Below are positions 58,782 through 64,000 of a stretch of 64,000 nt of DNA, in pieces; position 1 is the stretch's first letter, and every line of letters starts with the position of its first letter. A program made the translations under genes and the position numbers. The stretch covers positions 416,001-480,000 of the forward strand of contig CAWDXG010000001.1 of assembly GCA_963806225.1 (NCBI GenBank), given 5' to 3'. The notes beneath the pieces were generated by a model that was not told where the DNA came from, did no database searches, and worked only from the letters and a program-made list of their open reading frames with translations. Origin of the DNA: an uncultured delta proteobacterium (GTDB lineage Bacteria > Myxococcota_A > Polyangia > Polyangiales > Polyangiaceae).

Positions 58782-60122
58782 ATGCGCCGTAGTGCCCTGC
58801 TTTTCGCCTCGCTTGCTCTTCTCGTCGGTGCCGGTTGTGGTTCCAGCGGTCCGACGCCGACCGTCAAGCTCTCGCACCAGCTCGAGCCCATTTCCGGCGG
58901 GCAGACCGACACCACGCACACCTCGGTGGTGGCCATCATCACGATGGGGAACGGAGGAATCGGGATGTGCTCGGGCACGCTGATCGCGCCGAACCTCGTG
59001 CTGACGGCCCGGCACTGCGTCGCGCCCCTGCAGAACTCGTCATCGGTACAACCGGGCGCCGTGATCTGTGGGCAGACCACCTTCGGACCGGACTATTCCG
59101 CGGGCGCGCTGCACGTCACGACCGATACGAACGTCTCCTATCAGTCGTACTACAGCTCCGTTCCCGGGCAGGAAGTCCGCGTGCCGAGCGAAGGCAACGA
59201 CGGCTGCGGCTACGACGTAGCGCTCATCATCCTGAGCAAGAAGATCACGAGCGTGAAGCCCTACGTGCCTCGCATCGACGAGCCGGTTTCGCTCGGCGAG
59301 GTGTATACGGCGGTCGGCTACGGGATGACCAGGACGCCTACAAGCAGTTCTGACACGGCCGGCGCCGGCACGCGCCGGGAGCGTACCGGCCTGCATGTCA
59401 GCTGGTACCGGGGCGGTTCGTACGATCCCGTCTGCGGCACCAAGCCGGCATGCGGCTACGGTGTGGCGTCCAGCGAGTGGCAGGGCGAAATCGGCGTCTG
59501 CGAGGGCGACTCGGGTGGTCCCGCACTCGACGCGAACAAGAGGGTGGTCGGCGTCGTCTCGCGCGGCGCGAGCTGCGACTACCCGACCTACAGCTCTGTC
59601 TCCACGTGGAAGGACTTCATCATCAAGGCCGCGCTCGACGCGGCCAAGGCCGGCGGCTACACGGCTCCGACCTGGGCCACGACCGGCAGCACCGGCACCG
59701 GCGGCGCGGGCGGCGCCGCGGGCGCGGGCGCGGGCGGCGCGGGCGGTAGCGGTGCCGGCGGTCAGGCTGCCGGGGGTGCGGGCGGTGCTGCGGGCGGTCC
59801 GGTGACCACGGCGGATCCGCAGGGCACCGCTTGCAGCAAGTCGGCGCCCTGTCCGACCGGCTACCAGTGCGTCTACGACAGCGACCCCTCGAAGGCGTAC
59901 TGCGCCGCCGACTGCGACGCGAACAACGCCTGCTCGCCCGGGCTGGAGTGCGTGTCGGTCGGGCAGAATGCGCAGGTCTGCAAGAACGCGCAGAAGCCCG
60001 CAGCCGACACCAACACCAGCAGCGGCTGCACGCTCTCGCAAGGGCGCGGCCCCGCCAAGCCGGTGCCCTGGTTCATCGGGCTCTCGCTGGTTGGCCTCGC
60101 CGCCCTGCGCCGCCGCCGCTAG
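58782..60122 (+). CDS. S1 (trypsin-fold) serine protease with lipobox and MYXO-CTERM
   Basis: CSGTLIAPNLVLTARHC, DVALI, CEGDSGGP; GGAGGA RBS; C-term SSGC..WFIGLSLVGLAALRRRR. Confidence 0.92.
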   Translation: MRRSALLFASLALLVGAGCGSSGPTPTVKLSHQLEPISGGQTDTTHTSVVAIITMGNGGIGMCSGTLIAPNLVLTARHCVAPLQNSSSVQPGAVICGQTTFGPDYSAGALHVTTDTNVSYQSYYSSVPGQEVRVPSEGNDGCGYDVALIILSKKITSVKPYVPRIDEPVSLGEVYTAVGYGMTRTPTSSSDTAGAGTRRERTGLHVSWYRGGSYDPVCGTKPACGYGVASSEWQGEIGVCEGDSGGPALDANKRVVGVVSRGASCDYPTYSSVSTWKDFIIKAALDAAKAGGYTAPTWATTGSTGTGGAGGAAGAGAGGAGGSGAGGQAAGGAGGAAGGPVTTADPQGTACSKSAPCPTGYQCVYDSDPSKAYCAADCDANNACSPGLECVSVGQNAQVCKNAQKPAADTNTSSGCTLSQGRGPAKPVPWFIGLSLVGLAALRRRR

Positions 60123-60128
60123 GGCGCG

Positions 60129-60231
60129 TCCGGGATTTGCTAGACGCCCGGAACCAGCGAAGCGACAGCGAGCTCGCGATGAGCGAAGCGAATCGCGTCG
60201 GGGTGCTCGAGGGGCGGTGAGCCCCCTCGAG
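60129..60231. repeat. REP-like palindromic intergenic element
   Basis: TCCGGG..CCCGGA stem, AGCGAAGCGA twice, CTCGAGGGGC-GGTGA-GCCCCCTCGAG hairpin. Confidence 0.4.
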
Positions 60232-60271
60232 GAGGATTACGGTGGGGGTGGGTGCGTGGGAGACAGACCAG

Positions 60272-60344
<73 letters not shown>

Positions 60345-60359
60345 GGGACGAGGACCGGG

Positions 60360-60387
60360 AGGGTAGCCGCGGCCGGCCGCGTGTCAA
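60360..60387 (-). promoter_or_regulatory. Putative sigma70 promoter of tRNA-Ala
   Basis: TTGACA-N16-TACCCT. Confidence 0.6.
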
Positions 60388-60493
60388 CCGCAATCGCCGG
60401 GCCCTGCGCCGTCCCGGGCCGCGCCTGCCCGGCGGGTCCGCGGGCGGGGTCGTCGCGCCTGGCATGCTCTTCTCCAGGAGGCCGCTGATTTGG

Positions 60494-60521
60494 TTGACCC
60501 CCTACGGCGGGTGGTTATCTT
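60494..60521 (+). promoter_or_regulatory. Putative promoter of dnaK
   Basis: TTGACC-N16-TATCTT. Confidence 0.45.
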
Positions 60522-60652
60522 GCCGGCCATCCCCGCACTGCACTAGTCGGGGCCAGACTCGGCTCGATCCCCCCAGCGTGGTCTGTGCGCCGGGCGTCCG
60601 ACGCGGCTCACGGGTGTGCGGCAAATTCGAGCGTTCAGGAGAACCGGGAAAA

Positions 60653-62572
<1,920 letters not shown>

Positions 62573-62606
62573 CCCCGCTTGCCAGAGGCGGCTCCGTTCC
62601 GCCAAG

Positions 62607-63839
62607 ATGCGGGTGTGGCGCGGCAGTAGTGCGCCGCCGAGGACCCCGTTGCAGCAGGCTTTCGTCATCATTGCCGGAGGGGGACCGGCCGGAATCTCGA
62701 CCGCGCTCTTCCTGACGCACGCGGCGCCCGCGCTCGCCGACCGCATCGTGGTGCTGGAAAAGGCGCGCTACCCGCGGGAGAAGTATTGCGCCGGAGGAGT
62801 CGGCGCGCGCGCGGACAAGCTGCTCGCCTCGATCGGCGTGGTCGTCGACGTGCCGTCGGTGTGGCTGGACGGCGTCGCCTTCCGCGCCATGGGGCGGACG
62901 ACCACAGTGCGCGACGGTGCCATCGGCCGCGTCGTCCGGCGCATCGAGTTCGACCATGCGCTCGCACGCATCGCGATGAGCCGCGGGATTCGCGTTCTTG
63001 AAGACGCGGCGGTGTCGGCGATCCGGCCCTTCAGCGGCGGCGTCGAGGTTGAAAGTAGAGCGGGCGTGTTCCGCGCTCCCGCGCTCGTCGGTGCCGACGG
63101 GGTGCAGAGCATCGTGCGGCGCGCGCTCGGCTTCGGTTCGACACGCTATCGTGCCCAGGCCATCGAGCTCGATACGGAACCGGTGGACAGCGACCTGCCC
63201 CGCGACGTGCTCTTGTTCGACGCGACGAACCGCCAGCTGCCGGGCTACTACTGGGACTTCCCGACGCTGGTCGACGGCAGGGAGATGGTCTGCCGCGGCG
63301 TGTATCTGCTCAAGACGGGTGACAACGACCCGCGCGTCGAGATCCAGGACATCCTCTCGGAGCAGCTCCAGGCGCGCGGTCTGAGCCTGTCCAGCTTCAG
63401 GAAGAAGCGCTACGCCGAGCGAGGCTTCGAGCCGCATCGGCCCGTGTCGCGTCCGAACGTGCTGCTCGTCGGCGAGGCCGCGGGGATCGATCCGGTGACC
63501 GGCGAGGGCATCGCCCAGGCGATCCAGTACGGTGCGATCGCCGGGCGCTACCTGGCGCGACGCCAGCGCGATCAGGACTTCAGCTTCGCCGACTGGCCCC
63601 AGGCGGTGCGCCGCACCATGATCGGTCGGGATCTCGTCGTGCGCGAGAAGGGGGTCTCGCTCTTCTACGGTGAGGCGCGCCCGGCTATCGAACGCTTCCT
63701 GCTCGACTCGCCGGATTTCATCCGCATCGGCCTGCAGCACTTCGCCGGCAAGCGCTGGTCGAGGAGCGCGATAGCGCGAGCGGGTTGGGGTGCGCTCCGC
63801 TACACGGCGCGCTTCGGTTGGGACCACCGCTCGGCGTAG
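62607..63839 (+). CDS. FAD-dependent oxidoreductase (geranylgeranyl reductase family)
   Basis: GGGPAG, YPREKYCAGG, RRIEFDHAL, VGADG, VGEAAGIDPVTGEGI; start may be TTG 62649. Confidence 0.88.
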   Translation: MRVWRGSSAPPRTPLQQAFVIIAGGGPAGISTALFLTHAAPALADRIVVLEKARYPREKYCAGGVGARADKLLASIGVVVDVPSVWLDGVAFRAMGRTTTVRDGAIGRVVRRIEFDHALARIAMSRGIRVLEDAAVSAIRPFSGGVEVESRAGVFRAPALVGADGVQSIVRRALGFGSTRYRAQAIELDTEPVDSDLPRDVLLFDATNRQLPGYYWDFPTLVDGREMVCRGVYLLKTGDNDPRVEIQDILSEQLQARGLSLSSFRKKRYAERGFEPHRPVSRPNVLLVGEAAGIDPVTGEGIAQAIQYGAIAGRYLARRQRDQDFSFADWPQAVRRTMIGRDLVVREKGVSLFYGEARPAIERFLLDSPDFIRIGLQHFAGKRWSRSAIARAGWGALRYTARFGWDHRSA

Positions 63840-64000
63840 ATTGGTGTTTCGCCCGGGTTTCCGGCGCGCCGTTTCGCTGGCAGTGGAACCGGTCCGATGA
63901 CCGGACGGGGGAATCCGTTGCGTGGCGCCGACAACTTTTCCGGCGCTACTTGCAGCGCCGACCGCTCCGTATAGATTGCCGCCCCATGGCTCGATTCCTC

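Noticed and set aside
60520..60650. CIRCE operator upstream of dnaK
   Set aside because: GCACT is present but the TTAGCACTC-N9-GAGTGCTAA inverted repeat is not

Overview
High-GC (~70%) bacterial DNA with Gly-rich lipoprotein linkers, a MYXO-CTERM protein, DUF4388 and a GAFTDA-type sigma54 activator, most consistent with a myxobacterium (Polyangiales-like; inference). It runs from the 5' end of rplM (minus strand, left edge) to dnaK and an FAD oxidoreductase, with tRNA-Cys(GCA) and tRNA-Ala(CGC). Between them lie a degenerate MshEN/HD-GYP/REC/DUF4388 protein, an MFS transporter with a PDZ-like insert, a fragment-rich zone after tRNA-Cys, several lipoproteins, and a heavy-metal RND efflux operon behind a DUF2946-like leader gene. 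Further on are an SPFH/NfeD pair, a molybdoenzyme operon, LuxR/FMO, ilvD, a lipoprotein protein-arginine deiminase coupled to a HEAT-repeat protein, and a sigma54 two-component locus with a pseudo-kinase. The most striking element is a ~1.0 kb group II intron (30617-31616) whose RT gene is internally deleted. It is inserted exactly after the ATG of an apparently leaderless gene, carries a CAUG candidate EBS1, and ends in a new Shine-Dalgarno plus ATG inside domain VI. Three +1 frameshifts in 25.5-29 kb look like sequencing errors. All family calls come from motif recognition by eye; no searches were run.
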